Shown here piece by piece: positions 8,045-17,100 of a DNA stretch of 32,000 bases (its first letter is position 1; each line of letters starts with the position of its first letter). The position numbers and the translations under genes are program-made. The stretch is taken from the NCBI RefSeq assembly GCF_003231495.1, contig NZ_PQWO01000007.1, positions 90,001 through 122,000 on the forward strand, read 5' to 3'. The notes below the pieces were generated by a model. It saw only the letters and a list, made by a program, of their open reading frames with translations. It did not search any database and had not been told where the DNA came from. Origin of the DNA: Acaryochloris thomasi RCC1774. Its GTDB lineage: Bacteria > Cyanobacteriota > Cyanobacteriia > Thermosynechococcales > Thermosynechococcaceae.

Positions 8045-8058
8045 CGGATCAGCCTCGT

Positions 8059-8640
8059 TTATGAGTCTGCCCGGAATGGCTGTAGCTGAGGGAGCAATGC
8101 CTGGAATGCAACTCCCCGGTGACTGAGGCGACGTTTAACGTCAGAAGACAGCTCGGCAAAGGTTTTTCCCTCTGTCGGCACGTAAAAAATTGGGTCATAC
8201 CCAAAGCCCCCTTCTCCCCGGCCTGCCCTCAGGATTTCACCTGGACAAGAGCCCTGAGCATGGCAGGCGATGGATCCATCGGGACGTGCCAAGGCAATCA
8301 CGCACGAGAACTGAGCGGCCCGGTTGAGTTCACTGCCTAGCGTATCCAACAGCCGCTGAATCCGCTCGGCATCGGTTTTGCCGTAGCGGGCCGAATAAAT
8401 ACCGGGAGCGCCCTCAAGCGCTTCGACCTCTAGGCCCGAATCATCGGCTATTGCCCACTGCCCGGTTCTCTGTGCCACCTGGGATGCTTTGAGGCAGGCA
8501 TTGGCTAAGAACGTCTCTCCTGTTTCTTCAATCTCTAGCTCTGGGGGCATGAGCTGGAGTTGCCAGGGTAAACCCGTCAGATAGTGCTGCATTTCTTTGA
8601 GTTTGCCTGGGTTTTGAGTGGCAACGATTAGGGTTCGCAC
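8059..8640 (-). CDS. rdgB: RdgB/HAM1-family non-canonical purine NTP pyrophosphatase (dITP/XTP pyrophosphatase)
   Basis: 193-aa ORF with a GTG start. Family motifs: ATQNPGKLKE, ETGETFLANACLKA, ADDSGLEVEALEGAPGIYSARY, GFGYDPIF and SHRG. Confidence 0.9.
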   Translation of the reverse strand: MRTLIVATQNPGKLKEMQHYLTGLPWQLQLMPPELEIEETGETFLANACLKASQVAQRTGQWAIADDSGLEVEALEGAPGIYSARYGKTDAERIQRLLDTLGSELNRAAQFSCVIALARPDGSIACHAQGSCPGEILRAGRGEGGFGYDPIFYVPTEGKTFAELSSDVKRRLSHRGVAFQALLPQLQPFRADS

Positions 8641-8779
8641 GATGGTGAGAGGCAGATAATACGATGTTTAGTATCCCCCGTTTTTAGACTGAGCGCTAGA
8701 TTCTGCGCATCTGCCTGAAACAACTGTGGCCGCGCTATCGTCTTCCCTAGGACCAGCACCGTTATCGAAAGACTAGAAA

Positions 8780-9229
8780 ATGCGCCGTTTTATCTGGATT
8801 TATCCCTGTTTACTCCTTGCCGTTACCAGCTGTAGCTCAGCTCCGATTGCCGAGACAGAGCAAAGTAGTTCGGCCTCAGTGGCTGATCAGTCTGGCTCAC
8901 CGCTACTGATTTCTACGCCTGTGCAGGATGCCAAGGTGGGACGAGAGCTACAGGTGAAAGGCACGGCACCTGCAGGCCAACGCGTCTGGCTGCTCGTTCA
9001 TCCACAGGGGACGCCTGATTATTGGCTCCAGCCCTCCGCCGCTACAAACGGTGAGGGGCAGTGGAACAGTACTGTTTATATTGGTCGGGATGGCCAGGGA
9101 GATGTTGATCTGCGCTACGAGATTCGTGCCGTTGCTGGGTCTCAAGCGCCGCTCAAAGAAGGAAAGGTGCTCAAAGCTTGGCCTGAGGCTCAGATGCAGT
9201 CAGAGATTATTGAAGTTACGAGGCAATAG
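8780..9229 (+). CDS. Hypothetical lipoprotein
   Basis: 149-aa ORF with a signal peptide ending in a lipobox-like VTSC (MRRFIWIYPCLLLAVTSC). I recognise no family for the mature part. Confidence 0.55.
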   Translation: MRRFIWIYPCLLLAVTSCSSAPIAETEQSSSASVADQSGSPLLISTPVQDAKVGRELQVKGTAPAGQRVWLLVHPQGTPDYWLQPSAATNGEGQWNSTVYIGRDGQGDVDLRYEIRAVAGSQAPLKEGKVLKAWPEAQMQSEIIEVTRQ

Positions 9230-9866
9230 GATTCAGCACGATAAAGTGACGCGATGAGTCAATCTCTAGCCATCTTTCTTGGCGCAGGTGTTGCAAGAGG
9301 CGCGTAATCGTCACTCGGGTGGTGGCCGTCAAGTTTGCAATTTGCTGGTGAGTTAAACGAACGGTAATGCGGATGCCCTCAGACGTGACCTGTCCCATAT
9401 CTTGGCTCAATAGCAGCAATAGCTGTTTCAAGCGGTCTTCAACCCGGCGCTGTGAGGCCATTGCTAAGACGGCTTCGGTTTGCTTGAGGCGGTGCCCCAA
9501 TTGCTGAAATAGACCCTGGGCAAGGCGCGGAGACTGCTCAATTTCCATTTGATGCAGGCGCATGAGCACAACGTTTGAAAGCGCATGGGCTTCGTAGGGA
9601 TTGATGCGCGTAAAGGGCAGCCCAAAGGGCATGGAGGCGCAGGCCAGCCCGACAATGGATTCATCACCCGTGGGGTGCAGCGTACTCAGTTGTACAATTC
9701 CTTTGCAGACGACCCAAACTTCATGTGGCTGCAGTTGGATCCGCTGGTTCCGTTTAAAGTCGTGAAGATGGCGTCCCTGATAAATTTCTTCAAGTAGCTG
9801 CCGAAAATCTGTGGTGGGGCTGAGTTGAGCTGTAGTTGGTGGGGTAGAAGTCTGGGTATGCACCAT
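9216..9866 (-). CDS. Crp/Fnr-family transcriptional regulator (cNMP-binding-like domain plus C-terminal HTH)
   Basis: 216-aa ORF. The C-terminal HTH is THQQIANLTATTRVTITRLLQHLRQERWLEI, preceded by RVEDRLKQLLLLL, which is typical of the Crp dimerisation helix/HTH junction. An N-terminal beta-roll-like region is present. Its 3' end overlaps the convergent lipoprotein gene by 14 bp. Confidence 0.8.
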   Translation of the reverse strand: MVHTQTSTPPTTAQLSPTTDFRQLLEEIYQGRHLHDFKRNQRIQLQPHEVWVVCKGIVQLSTLHPTGDESIVGLACASMPFGLPFTRINPYEAHALSNVVLMRLHQMEIEQSPRLAQGLFQQLGHRLKQTEAVLAMASQRRVEDRLKQLLLLLSQDMGQVTSEGIRITVRLTHQQIANLTATTRVTITRLLQHLRQERWLEIDSSRHFIVLNPIAS

Positions 9867-9971
9867 AGGACCGTTGAGGGTGATGGGTTACCTTCTACGT
9901 TAGGGTATGGCTCAGTAATTAAGGTAAAAACAAGGTTTTGAGAAGGTTAAGGTCTACTTCCTAGTCTCAGA

Positions 9972-10391
9972 CTATTTCTCACTAGTGCTGGGTGGGCGAT
10001 GCTCGGTGAGAGGAATGTTTAGATCTTCTTGTAAAAAAGCTTTGAGCTGCTGCGTGAAGTCAGAGCGCTGGGTAAATTGGTCGGTACGGACGGGTTTGCG
10101 CTCTTCGCTCAAGGTCCAGCCATAGTCGCTGCTTAATCGTAGCTTGCCGTTCCAGTCTGAGATAGAAATCATGAGCGGAGCTTCAGGACTGTGCTCGTGG
10201 CCAAATAGACGAAACACGTAGTTGAAGGTGTTGTCCTGGGCGGCGGCAATGGTGGAGGACTGGCCATATTTTGTGTGGAGATGCGATCGCATCTCTGCCA
10301 ACAGCTCTTGATCATCTATTTCTTCTAGCAACCGCACTGAAAGGGTTAGGGCAAAAAAGAACTCTTCCACCGGAACAAACTCAAGCCGCAT
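9972..10391 (-). CDS. Hypothetical protein
   Basis: 139-aa ORF with an ATG start and composition similar to its neighbours. I recognise no motifs. Confidence 0.45.
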   Translation of the reverse strand: MRLEFVPVEEFFFALTLSVRLLEEIDDQELLAEMRSHLHTKYGQSSTIAAAQDNTFNYVFRLFGHEHSPEAPLMISISDWNGKLRLSSDYGWTLSEERKPVRTDQFTQRSDFTQQLKAFLQEDLNIPLTEHRPPSTSEK

Positions 10392-10666
10392 AAAACTCCC
10401 TCACAAATCTGCCAAGCCTCATCATATAGCAGTACCTGGCTGAGTTGAGATAGCCCTTTCTTGTTAGCTGTAGCGGCAAAAAATTTCTATCTTTATCAAT
10501 ATGTGGGCGGCTATACCGGCAGATGACCGTCCTGTTCGTCAAAGATCTTGAGATCTGTAGGCTGCCTCCTTGAGCATTCTCTACTCTCGCTAAGGTTAAG
10601 AGAGGCTAATCTATGTATAAGGCAGGCCTATTGCGGCCACGATCACAGCGAGGGAGATGAGCATCA

Positions 10667-11347
10667 ATGGCAGGTCACTTACTTTTAGTGGATGATGAAC
10701 CCGGCCTAAGAGAAGCCGTTCAGGCTTATTTAGAAGATAGTGGGTTCACCGTAAATGTCGCCAGCAACGCCAAGGTCGGCTGGGAAATGCTGGAAAAGCA
10801 AACCCCCGATCTCGTGATTTCAGACATCATGATGCCGGAGGTGGACGGCTATCAGTTTCTGCAGCAGATGCGTGATGATGTCCGCTTTAGCCGCTTGCCC
10901 GTCGTTTTCCTGACTGCTCGAGGTATGACTAAGGACCGCATCGAAGGCTACAGCGCTGGAGTCGATGCCTATTTGCCGAAGCCCTTTGACCCTGATGAGC
11001 TGGTCGCCATTGTCACCAATCTTATGGAGCGGAAAGCCGCCAAAAGTGAAGGGGCTAACGCTGATATTGCGGATCTGGCCAGCCAAGTGGCCGAAATTCG
11101 GGCGCTGCTGACCAATCAGCCCCAGTTCAGCATCGCAGCCAACCCTGTCAAAATAGACTTTACGCCCCGCGAACAAAGCGTTCTTGATCTGGTGGCCGAG
11201 GGGTTAATGAATAAAGAAATCGCCCGTCGCCTCGAAACTAGCGTCCGTAACGTTGAAAAGTATGTCAGTCGCTTGTTCAACAAAACCGACACCAATAGTC
11301 GCACCGAGCTGGTACGCTTTGCTTTGGAGAACGGCTTAACGAAATAA
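10667..11347 (+). CDS. Two-component response regulator, NarL/LuxR (FixJ) type
   Basis: The receiver domain has LLLVDDEP, the phospho-acceptor context LVISDIMMPEVDG, and LTARG / YLPKPF. The C-terminal LuxR-type HTH is TPREQSVLDLVAEGLMNKEIARRLETSVRNVEKYVSRLFNK. Confidence 0.9.
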   Translation: MAGHLLLVDDEPGLREAVQAYLEDSGFTVNVASNAKVGWEMLEKQTPDLVISDIMMPEVDGYQFLQQMRDDVRFSRLPVVFLTARGMTKDRIEGYSAGVDAYLPKPFDPDELVAIVTNLMERKAAKSEGANADIADLASQVAEIRALLTNQPQFSIAANPVKIDFTPREQSVLDLVAEGLMNKEIARRLETSVRNVEKYVSRLFNKTDTNSRTELVRFALENGLTK

Positions 11348-11351
11348 GATC

Positions 11352-12734
11352 ATGAATGCAGCTTGGCAACGCCTGACCCTCACTCGGTTTGTGGCTCCGC
11401 AGTGGACCCGCTCCAGCGTCATGTGGCGGCTGAAGGGACTGCTAAAGCAGTGGCGACAGAGCAGTGTGTTGCTGGCCTGGGGCAACGAGATCGCTGTTGC
11501 TCTGCTGAGCTTAGTGTTCATGATCGCGCCCTTTGTGCCCAATGGGTTAACGGGAATGATGATCGCAGCCTGTGCCGCTTTTTGGGTATTGCTAACGCTC
11601 TCTGACGATGTTCTTAACCCCTACCGAATTTCACCGGTTCACCTAGTGCTGGGGCTGTTCTGGGTTGTGGCGATTGCGGCTACTGCTCTCTCGCCGGTGA
11701 AGCTGGCGGCGGCGACGGGGTTGGCGAAGCTGACGCTTTATCTCTTTGTGTTTTTGATCGGGGAACGGGTGTTGCGATCGCAACGCTGGCGCACCCTCCT
11801 GGTCACTATTTATCTGCTTACTGCCCTCGTGGTTACTGTTGAAGGCTGGCGGCAACAAATCTTTGGCGTCGAAGCCCTCGCTACCTGGAACGACCCTGAA
11901 TCGACCTACGCCGAAGCGCTACGGGTCTTTAGTTTTCTGGGGAATCCTAACCTTTTGGGCGCTTATCTTTTGCCCACTATTCCCCTAGGGATTTGTGCGC
12001 TATTTGTGTGGAAGCGCTGGGGGCCTAAACTGCTCGCCGCCGTTATGCTGTTCATGAACGGTGCCTGTCTCTACTGGACCGGAAGCAGAGGGGCCTGGAT
12101 CGGTCTTGTTGTCGCTCTCTTCGTGACCTTGCTGCTGCTCTTATATTGGCTACTCCCTCGCCTGCCCCCATTTTGGCGAATTTGGTCTTTCCCGATTGTT
12201 TTTGGTGGTTTAGCGGCCATTGCCATCATTGGCTTTGTCGGCGTAGAACCACTGCGAGATCGGATCATGAGCATCTTTGCGGGTCGAGAAGACAGCAGCA
12301 ATAACTACCGCATTAACGTTTGGGCCTCGGTGAGAAAAATGATCCGAGCCTATCCTGTTCTCGGGATTGGGCCTGGCAATAACGCTTTCAATGCCATCTA
12401 TCCCCTCTATCAACTACCTGGTTACAGCGCTCTGAGCGCCTACTCCATTTACTTAGAGCTTCTCGTGGAAGTGGGCGTTGTTGGGTTTTCCTGTTTCCTG
12501 TGGTTCCTGCTGGTGTTGCTCCATCGAGGGTGGGCGGCCCTGCAGCAGCTCCGGGACCGGCCCAATCAAGACGTTTTTTGGCTGATCGCGGCCCTTGCCA
12601 CCGTCGTGGGAATGCTGGCCCATGGAGCCGTGGATACGGTTTGGTATCGACCTGAAATCGCAACCCTGTGGTGGTTTATGGTGGCGCTGATCACCAGCTA
12701 TGCAACTCGACCCACTGAACCTCTCGCTTCGTAA
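11352..12734 (+). CDS. ictB: IctB-family polytopic membrane protein (O-antigen-ligase/Wzy_C-like domain)
   Basis: 460-aa ORF with multiple TM helices. From memory it is collinear with Synechococcus IctB (N-terminal QWxxSS...WRxSSxLL, LGNPNLLGAYL, YWTGSRGAWIG, REDSSNNYRINVW, GIGPGNNAFN, DTVWYRPE). It starts 4 nt after the response-regulator stop. Confidence 0.8.
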   Translation: MNAAWQRLTLTRFVAPQWTRSSVMWRLKGLLKQWRQSSVLLAWGNEIAVALLSLVFMIAPFVPNGLTGMMIAACAAFWVLLTLSDDVLNPYRISPVHLVLGLFWVVAIAATALSPVKLAAATGLAKLTLYLFVFLIGERVLRSQRWRTLLVTIYLLTALVVTVEGWRQQIFGVEALATWNDPESTYAEALRVFSFLGNPNLLGAYLLPTIPLGICALFVWKRWGPKLLAAVMLFMNGACLYWTGSRGAWIGLVVALFVTLLLLLYWLLPRLPPFWRIWSFPIVFGGLAAIAIIGFVGVEPLRDRIMSIFAGREDSSNNYRINVWASVRKMIRAYPVLGIGPGNNAFNAIYPLYQLPGYSALSAYSIYLELLVEVGVVGFSCFLWFLLVLLHRGWAALQQLRDRPNQDVFWLIAALATVVGMLAHGAVDTVWYRPEIATLWWFMVALITSYATRPTEPLAS

Positions 12735-12827
12735 TGGCATGTTATCAATGAATATATCCTCTACTGCTGTCAGGGCAATTGCCCACTTGCCGTCTCAGCA
12801 TGGAGCTGCTGCGGGAGAAGATGAAGC

Positions 12828-13181
12828 ATGAATACTCTTGAACTAATCACAACGGCATCCGTTTCTTTGGGGGGAGCCTCCGCTGTTCAAGCGCCGACGG
12901 CTGCACCTAAGGAGAAACAGGCTTCAAAGACGGTCCGTAAGCCTTATCCCAACTTTAAGGTGATTGTTCTCAATGATGATTTCAATACCTTTGATCATGT
13001 GATCAAGTGCTTGCTGCAGTACATTCCCTGCCTCACCTCAGATCGTGCCTGGGAGCTGACGAATCAGGTTCATTTCGAAGGACAGGCGATTGTTTGGGTT
13101 GGCCCCCAAGAGCAGGCTGAGCTTTACCACTTGCAACTGAAGCGAGCAGGGCTGACGATGGCTCCCCTCGAAGCAAGCTGA
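12828..13181 (+). CDS. clpS: ATP-dependent Clp protease adaptor ClpS
   Basis: 117-aa ORF. The ClpS core is YPNFKVIVLNDDFNTFDHVIKCL...AWELTNQVHFEGQAIVWVGPQEQAELY. Confidence 0.85.
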   Translation: MNTLELITTASVSLGGASAVQAPTAAPKEKQASKTVRKPYPNFKVIVLNDDFNTFDHVIKCLLQYIPCLTSDRAWELTNQVHFEGQAIVWVGPQEQAELYHLQLKRAGLTMAPLEAS

Positions 13182-13471
13182 TGGCGGAGCGGCGAGGTCG
13201 CCTGGTTCTCAACCATTCTACTCACGTGCCGGGATTGATTCCGGTGCTAGAAAAGCTCACAAAGATCGAAGGCATTCGCACAATTACGCCTGGAGTAATT
13301 GGCCGAGCAAAAAGCCATGCGCCCCATTTGCGACTAAAGATTTCAGTGCCGATTCAAGGCGGGTTTAAGATGCTGGCGCGCCGCGGCAAGACGGTTCAGG
13401 AGGTCTTTGTGATCACCCCTTTAAGCCGAGCTTTAGTGGAAGCATCGTTGACTCAAGTCCTCAAGTCCTAG
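13181..13471 (+). CDS. Small conserved-looking hypothetical protein, translationally coupled to clpS
   Basis: 96-aa ORF. Its ATG overlaps the clpS TGA (TGATG at 13179-13183). I cannot confidently assign a family. Confidence 0.5.
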   Translation: MAERRGRLVLNHSTHVPGLIPVLEKLTKIEGIRTITPGVIGRAKSHAPHLRLKISVPIQGGFKMLARRGKTVQEVFVITPLSRALVEASLTQVLKS

Positions 13472-14109
13472 ACTTTGCTGCGAATCCATCCCCTAAAAGC
13501 CTTGATCGCAGCCCTGCGTCCGACTTGCTTCATTTGAGCTGCATACCGCGGAATGATTTCATTTAAAGTTAATCCTGGAAATGTAGGGCTTTCGCTCACC
13601 GTAATGTATTGGCCTTCTTTCAGGACGTTGATTTGCAGTTTTCCGTGCTCAAATCGCCACAGTTCCGGTACCTGTAGGACAGCGTAGGTTTTAGGATGCG
13701 TTCGGGAGGTTACATCAATCTCAAGTGCCAGGTCGGGAGGTGGATCGCTGCTTAGATCCAATCGGTCTTTGCCTCGGACTGCGGCTTCGTTCTGAATATA
13801 GAAACACTGGTCCGGCTCAATCCCCTGAAGCATTGCTGAATTTTTAAAGGTTGTAGACCCCATCGGTAGATAGTCAATATCTAGTTCTTCTAACAGGACT
13901 TTGATGAGATCACCGATATTCTCTTTACTGGTCTCATGTTCTGGAAGGGGCGTCATAATCTCCAAAATGCCGTTTTTGTAGGCAATACGAGCTGAACGAT
14001 GCTCACCCAGTTCCTGGAGAATATCTTCAAATTCTGGCCAGCCAACATTTTCCAGCAACACACGCTGACCAGGGGGGACATGAATCTGTCTGACTTGTAG
14101 CATCACCAT
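13468..14109 (-). CDS. Uma2-family (DUF820) putative restriction-endonuclease-fold protein
   Basis: Family pattern: PPGQRVLLENVGWPEFEDILQELGEHRSARIAYKNGILEIMTPLPEHE...EPDQCFYIQN...PPDLALEIDVTS. The track ORF begins at TTG 14154. ATG at 14109 (MVMLQV...) is the more plausible start. Confidence 0.8.
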   Translation of the reverse strand: MVMLQVRQIHVPPGQRVLLENVGWPEFEDILQELGEHRSARIAYKNGILEIMTPLPEHETSKENIGDLIKVLLEELDIDYLPMGSTTFKNSAMLQGIEPDQCFYIQNEAAVRGKDRLDLSSDPPPDLALEIDVTSRTHPKTYAVLQVPELWRFEHGKLQINVLKEGQYITVSESPTFPGLTLNEIIPRYAAQMKQVGRRAAIKAFRGWIRSKV

Positions 14110-14253
14110 AAGTTCTAGGATAGTGCATAAAGAAAAATTCAATGGAGAGGTCAAAAGGGTCTGACTTTAAGGCTTTCAAAGTCCAAGCGAGACAATCTGC
14201 TATAGGCCGTAGAATGACCTATAGTGCCTCTACTTCCTCATCCTGCTGCCTGT

Positions 14254-16593
14254 ATGACCTCTACCCCAGATTTTTTAAGCCACCTTAATCCTTCTCAACG
14301 ACAGGCGGTTGAACACTTTTGCGGTCCTCTTTTGGTAGTGGCGGGTGCCGGTTCTGGTAAGACTCGTGCTTTGACCTACCGGATTTCTAACCTCGTTCTT
14401 ACTCACCGCATCAATCCTGAGAATATTCTGGCGGTGACCTTCACGAATAAGGCCGCCAAGGAAATGAAGGCGCGGATTGAGAAGCTGTTCGCCGATCGCA
14501 TTGCCCAAGAGAAGCACGGTAAGCCGCTGGATTTGCTCGCTCCCTATGAGCAGACGAAGTTGCGATCGCACGTCTATAAAACCATCACGAAACCCTTGTG
14601 GATTGGCACCTTCCACAGCCTTTGCGCCCGCCTTCTGCGCATGGAGATCCATAAATATCAGGACGAACAGGGCCGCAAATGGGAACGTAACTTCTCTATC
14701 TTTGACGAATCCGATGTGCAGAGCCTCATTAAAGATATCGTCGTCAATAAACTCAACCTCGACGATCGCAAGTTTCCTCCTCGCTCTGTCCGGTTTGCGA
14801 TCAGCAACGCCAAAAACCAAGGCTGGTCCCCAGATGAACTGGAAGCCAATCAGCAGGACTTCCGGGGGCGCGTGATTGCTGAAGTCTATCGCGCCTATCA
14901 AGATGGCCTTGCTGCCAACAACGCCCTCGACTTCGATGACTTGATTCGGGTACTGGTTTTACTGCTGAAGCAAAACGAGCAGACCCTCGCTTACTGGCAC
15001 CAACAGTTCCATCACATCTTGGTGGATGAATACCAAGACACAAACCGCACTCAGTACGACATGCTCAGTCTGCTTGCCACGAACGGTGCAGATGCAAAAA
15101 CCTTCAAGAGCTGGCAAAATCGCTCAGTCTTCGTGGTTGGAGATGCAGACCAGTCGATCTATTCCTTTAGAGCGGCTGACTTCAGGATTCTGATGGGTTT
15201 TCAGCAGGACTTTGGTGATGACCTGCCGGATGACGATACCCGCACAATGGTCAAGCTAGAGGAGAATTATCGCTCCACCGAAAATATTCTCCAGGCTGCC
15301 AACGTTCTGATTGACAACAACACCGAGCGGATTGATAAGGTACTTAAGCCCACGCGGGGCAAAGGCGAACCGATCTACTGCTACCGCGCTGATGATGAGT
15401 TGCAAGAAGCTGACTTTGTCGTCGGTCAAATCCGGCAGCTAGAGCAGCAGCACCCCGAAGTGCAATGGGGCGACTTTGCGATTCTCTACCGCACCAACGC
15501 CCAATCCCGTGCCTTTGAGGAGACTCTTGTGCGCTGGGCGATTCCCTATACCGTGGTTGGGGGACTGAAGTTTTACGATCGCCGCGAAGTCAAAGATATC
15601 TTGGCCTACCTGCGCCTGATCGTGAACCCTGCCGATAGTGTCAGCCTTAAGCGCGTCATCAACACGCCTCGACGCGGTATTGGTAAAACTACAATGGACC
15701 GGCTGACCCAGGCTGCGCAAGAACTCGGAGTCCCTACCTGGGAAATTCTTAGCGATGAGGCCACGGTCAAAACTTTAGCGTCACGGGGTTCTAGAAATAT
15801 CCTGGGCTTTGTCGATATGATTCGCCTGTGGCAAAGCCAGGTGGATACATTGCCTGCCACCGAGATCATCCAGGGTATCTTGGACAACTCTGGCTATATC
15901 CGCAACCTGCAGGATCAAGACACAGACGAAGCTGAAGATCGAATCGGCAACGTTAAGGAACTCTACAACGCCGCCCAGCAGTTTGCTGAAGAAAACGGGG
16001 ATGATTCTCTGCTGTCTTTCTTGGCCAATGCAGCCTTAGCTTCTGATGCAGACGACAAAGAAGATTCCACAACAGTCTCAATGATGACGCTGCACTCAGC
16101 GAAGGGGCTGGAGTTTCCGATTGTCTTCTTAGTGGGTATTGAGCAAGGTCTGTTCCCTAATTTCCGATCATTGGATGACCCTGCAGCCCTAGAAGAGGAG
16201 CGGCGGCTCTGCTATGTCGGCATTACCCGCGCCCAGGAGCGGCTGTTCTTATCCCATGCTCGTGAGCGCCGCCTGTACGGTTCGCGAGAGCCAGCGATTC
16301 CGTCTGCTTTTTTGTCGGAACTGCCGCGAGATTTAATTGAAACGAATACGCCTACAGCCATTCCCTCTCAGGGGATAGAGATGTTCTCGAGTGCGCCGCC
16401 TCAGAAAAAATTACCGAATACGAATGCTCGGGATTGGGCTGTGGGCGATCGCCTAGTTCATAAAGGCTATGGCCTGGGAGAGGTGACCCACATTTTTGGA
16501 GCAGGAAATAAAATCTGTTTAGCTGTGAAGTTCCCAAACTTGGGTAAGAAGATTATTGATCCCAACATTACTGTGTTGGAAAGAGTTGAGTAG
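14254..16593 (+). CDS. pcrA: UvrD/PcrA-type ATP-dependent DNA helicase
   Basis: SF1 helicase motifs: LNPSQRQAV, Walker A AGAGSGKT, VDEYQDTN, VVGDADQSIYSFRAA, ENYRST, TLHSAKGLEFP and YVGITRA. The C-terminal Tudor-like tail is WAVGDRLVHKGYGLGEV. The track start is GTG 14224. ATG 14254 (MTSTPDFLSHLNPSQ) is the likely start. Confidence 0.92.
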   Translation: MTSTPDFLSHLNPSQRQAVEHFCGPLLVVAGAGSGKTRALTYRISNLVLTHRINPENILAVTFTNKAAKEMKARIEKLFADRIAQEKHGKPLDLLAPYEQTKLRSHVYKTITKPLWIGTFHSLCARLLRMEIHKYQDEQGRKWERNFSIFDESDVQSLIKDIVVNKLNLDDRKFPPRSVRFAISNAKNQGWSPDELEANQQDFRGRVIAEVYRAYQDGLAANNALDFDDLIRVLVLLLKQNEQTLAYWHQQFHHILVDEYQDTNRTQYDMLSLLATNGADAKTFKSWQNRSVFVVGDADQSIYSFRAADFRILMGFQQDFGDDLPDDDTRTMVKLEENYRSTENILQAANVLIDNNTERIDKVLKPTRGKGEPIYCYRADDELQEADFVVGQIRQLEQQHPEVQWGDFAILYRTNAQSRAFEETLVRWAIPYTVVGGLKFYDRREVKDILAYLRLIVNPADSVSLKRVINTPRRGIGKTTMDRLTQAAQELGVPTWEILSDEATVKTLASRGSRNILGFVDMIRLWQSQVDTLPATEIIQGILDNSGYIRNLQDQDTDEAEDRIGNVKELYNAAQQFAEENGDDSLLSFLANAALASDADDKEDSTTVSMMTLHSAKGLEFPIVFLVGIEQGLFPNFRSLDDPAALEEERRLCYVGITRAQERLFLSHARERRLYGSREPAIPSAFLSELPRDLIETNTPTAIPSQGIEMFSSAPPQKKLPNTNARDWAVGDRLVHKGYGLGEVTHIFGAGNKICLAVKFPNLGKKIIDPNITVLERVE

Positions 16594-16639
16594 ATCGTTC
16601 TGATGTCTAAAAACTTATGTGCAAAGAGAGAAACTCATT

Positions 16640-16671
16640 GTGAAGTCAAAGCGAAATTACTTTGACTTCAC
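16640..16671. terminator. Perfect 12-bp stem hairpin between convergent pcrA and the coiled-coil gene (candidate bidirectional terminator)
   Basis: Stem gtgaagtcaaag (16640-16651), loop cgaaatta, stem ctttgacttcac (16660-16671). The hairpin overlaps the last codons and stop of the minus-strand 147-aa ORF and lies 47 nt after the pcrA stop. There is no strong U-tract on either side. Confidence 0.45.
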
Positions 16672-17100
16672 TTTATCTACAAGTCCTTTGACACCGTTGA
16701 AAGTCTTAGTCATCACCTGACGTGCTATTGCTTCTCGCTTAAGCCGATCATTCTCCTTGACTAGGCCAGCAATACGATCATTTAAGCTCTGAATGTCTCC
16801 ACGCAATTGGATATTCTTCTTCTTTGCTTGATCTTTGTCAATTGTCAGTTCGCGAGTTCGAATATCCTGATTGACTACTTTTTGTTTGAGGTCAGAGGTG
16901 TTATTCTCTCGTAGCATTTGATCTTTACGATTATTATCGAGTTTTAGGCTCCGGATCTCAATGTTTTTTTCATGTAGAGTATTTTTCAAATCAGTGACTT
17001 CAAGAGTGACTCTCTCTAGAGCCTTTTTTAATTCAAAGAAGTCATCGTTAAACATATAAGGCTTCTCCAGGGGCTGAAAGTAGTCAGTTCTAATACACAT
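16657..17100 (-). CDS. Coiled-coil hypothetical protein in an AT-rich islet
   Basis: 147-aa ORF with an ATG start. A GAAGGGGA Shine-Dalgarno-like sequence lies about 9 nt upstream. The sequence is Lys/Glu/Asn/Leu/Ile-rich and heptad-like throughout (ELKKALERVTLEVTDLKNTLHEKNIEIRSLKLDN...IQSLNDRIAGLVKENDRLKRE). I recognise no enzymatic motif. Confidence 0.6.
   Translation of the reverse strand: MCIRTDYFQPLEKPYMFNDDFFELKKALERVTLEVTDLKNTLHEKNIEIRSLKLDNNRKDQMLRENNTSDLKQKVVNQDIRTRELTIDKDQAKKKNIQLRGDIQSLNDRIAGLVKENDRLKREAIARQVMTKTFNGVKGLVDKVKSK

Noticed and set aside
12772-12783. 12-bp perfect palindrome gggcaattgccc upstream of clpS
   Set aside because: It is an isolated short palindrome with no partner site or recognisable regulator consensus, which is insufficient to call a regulatory site.
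14275-14901. 208-aa ORF antisense to pcrA, plus other antisense or off-frame ORFs at 14477-15887
   Set aside because: They are fully contained in the strongly supported helicase CDS and show no motifs. Long antisense ORFs are expected in GC-biased coding sequence.
14254-16593. UvrD/PcrA helicase next to nuclease-fold genes as a possible defence-system helicase
   Set aside because: The protein has the full housekeeping PcrA/UvrD motif set, typical length and the C-terminal Tudor-like tail. Composition and HIP1 content match the host. It is most simply the chromosomal repair helicase.
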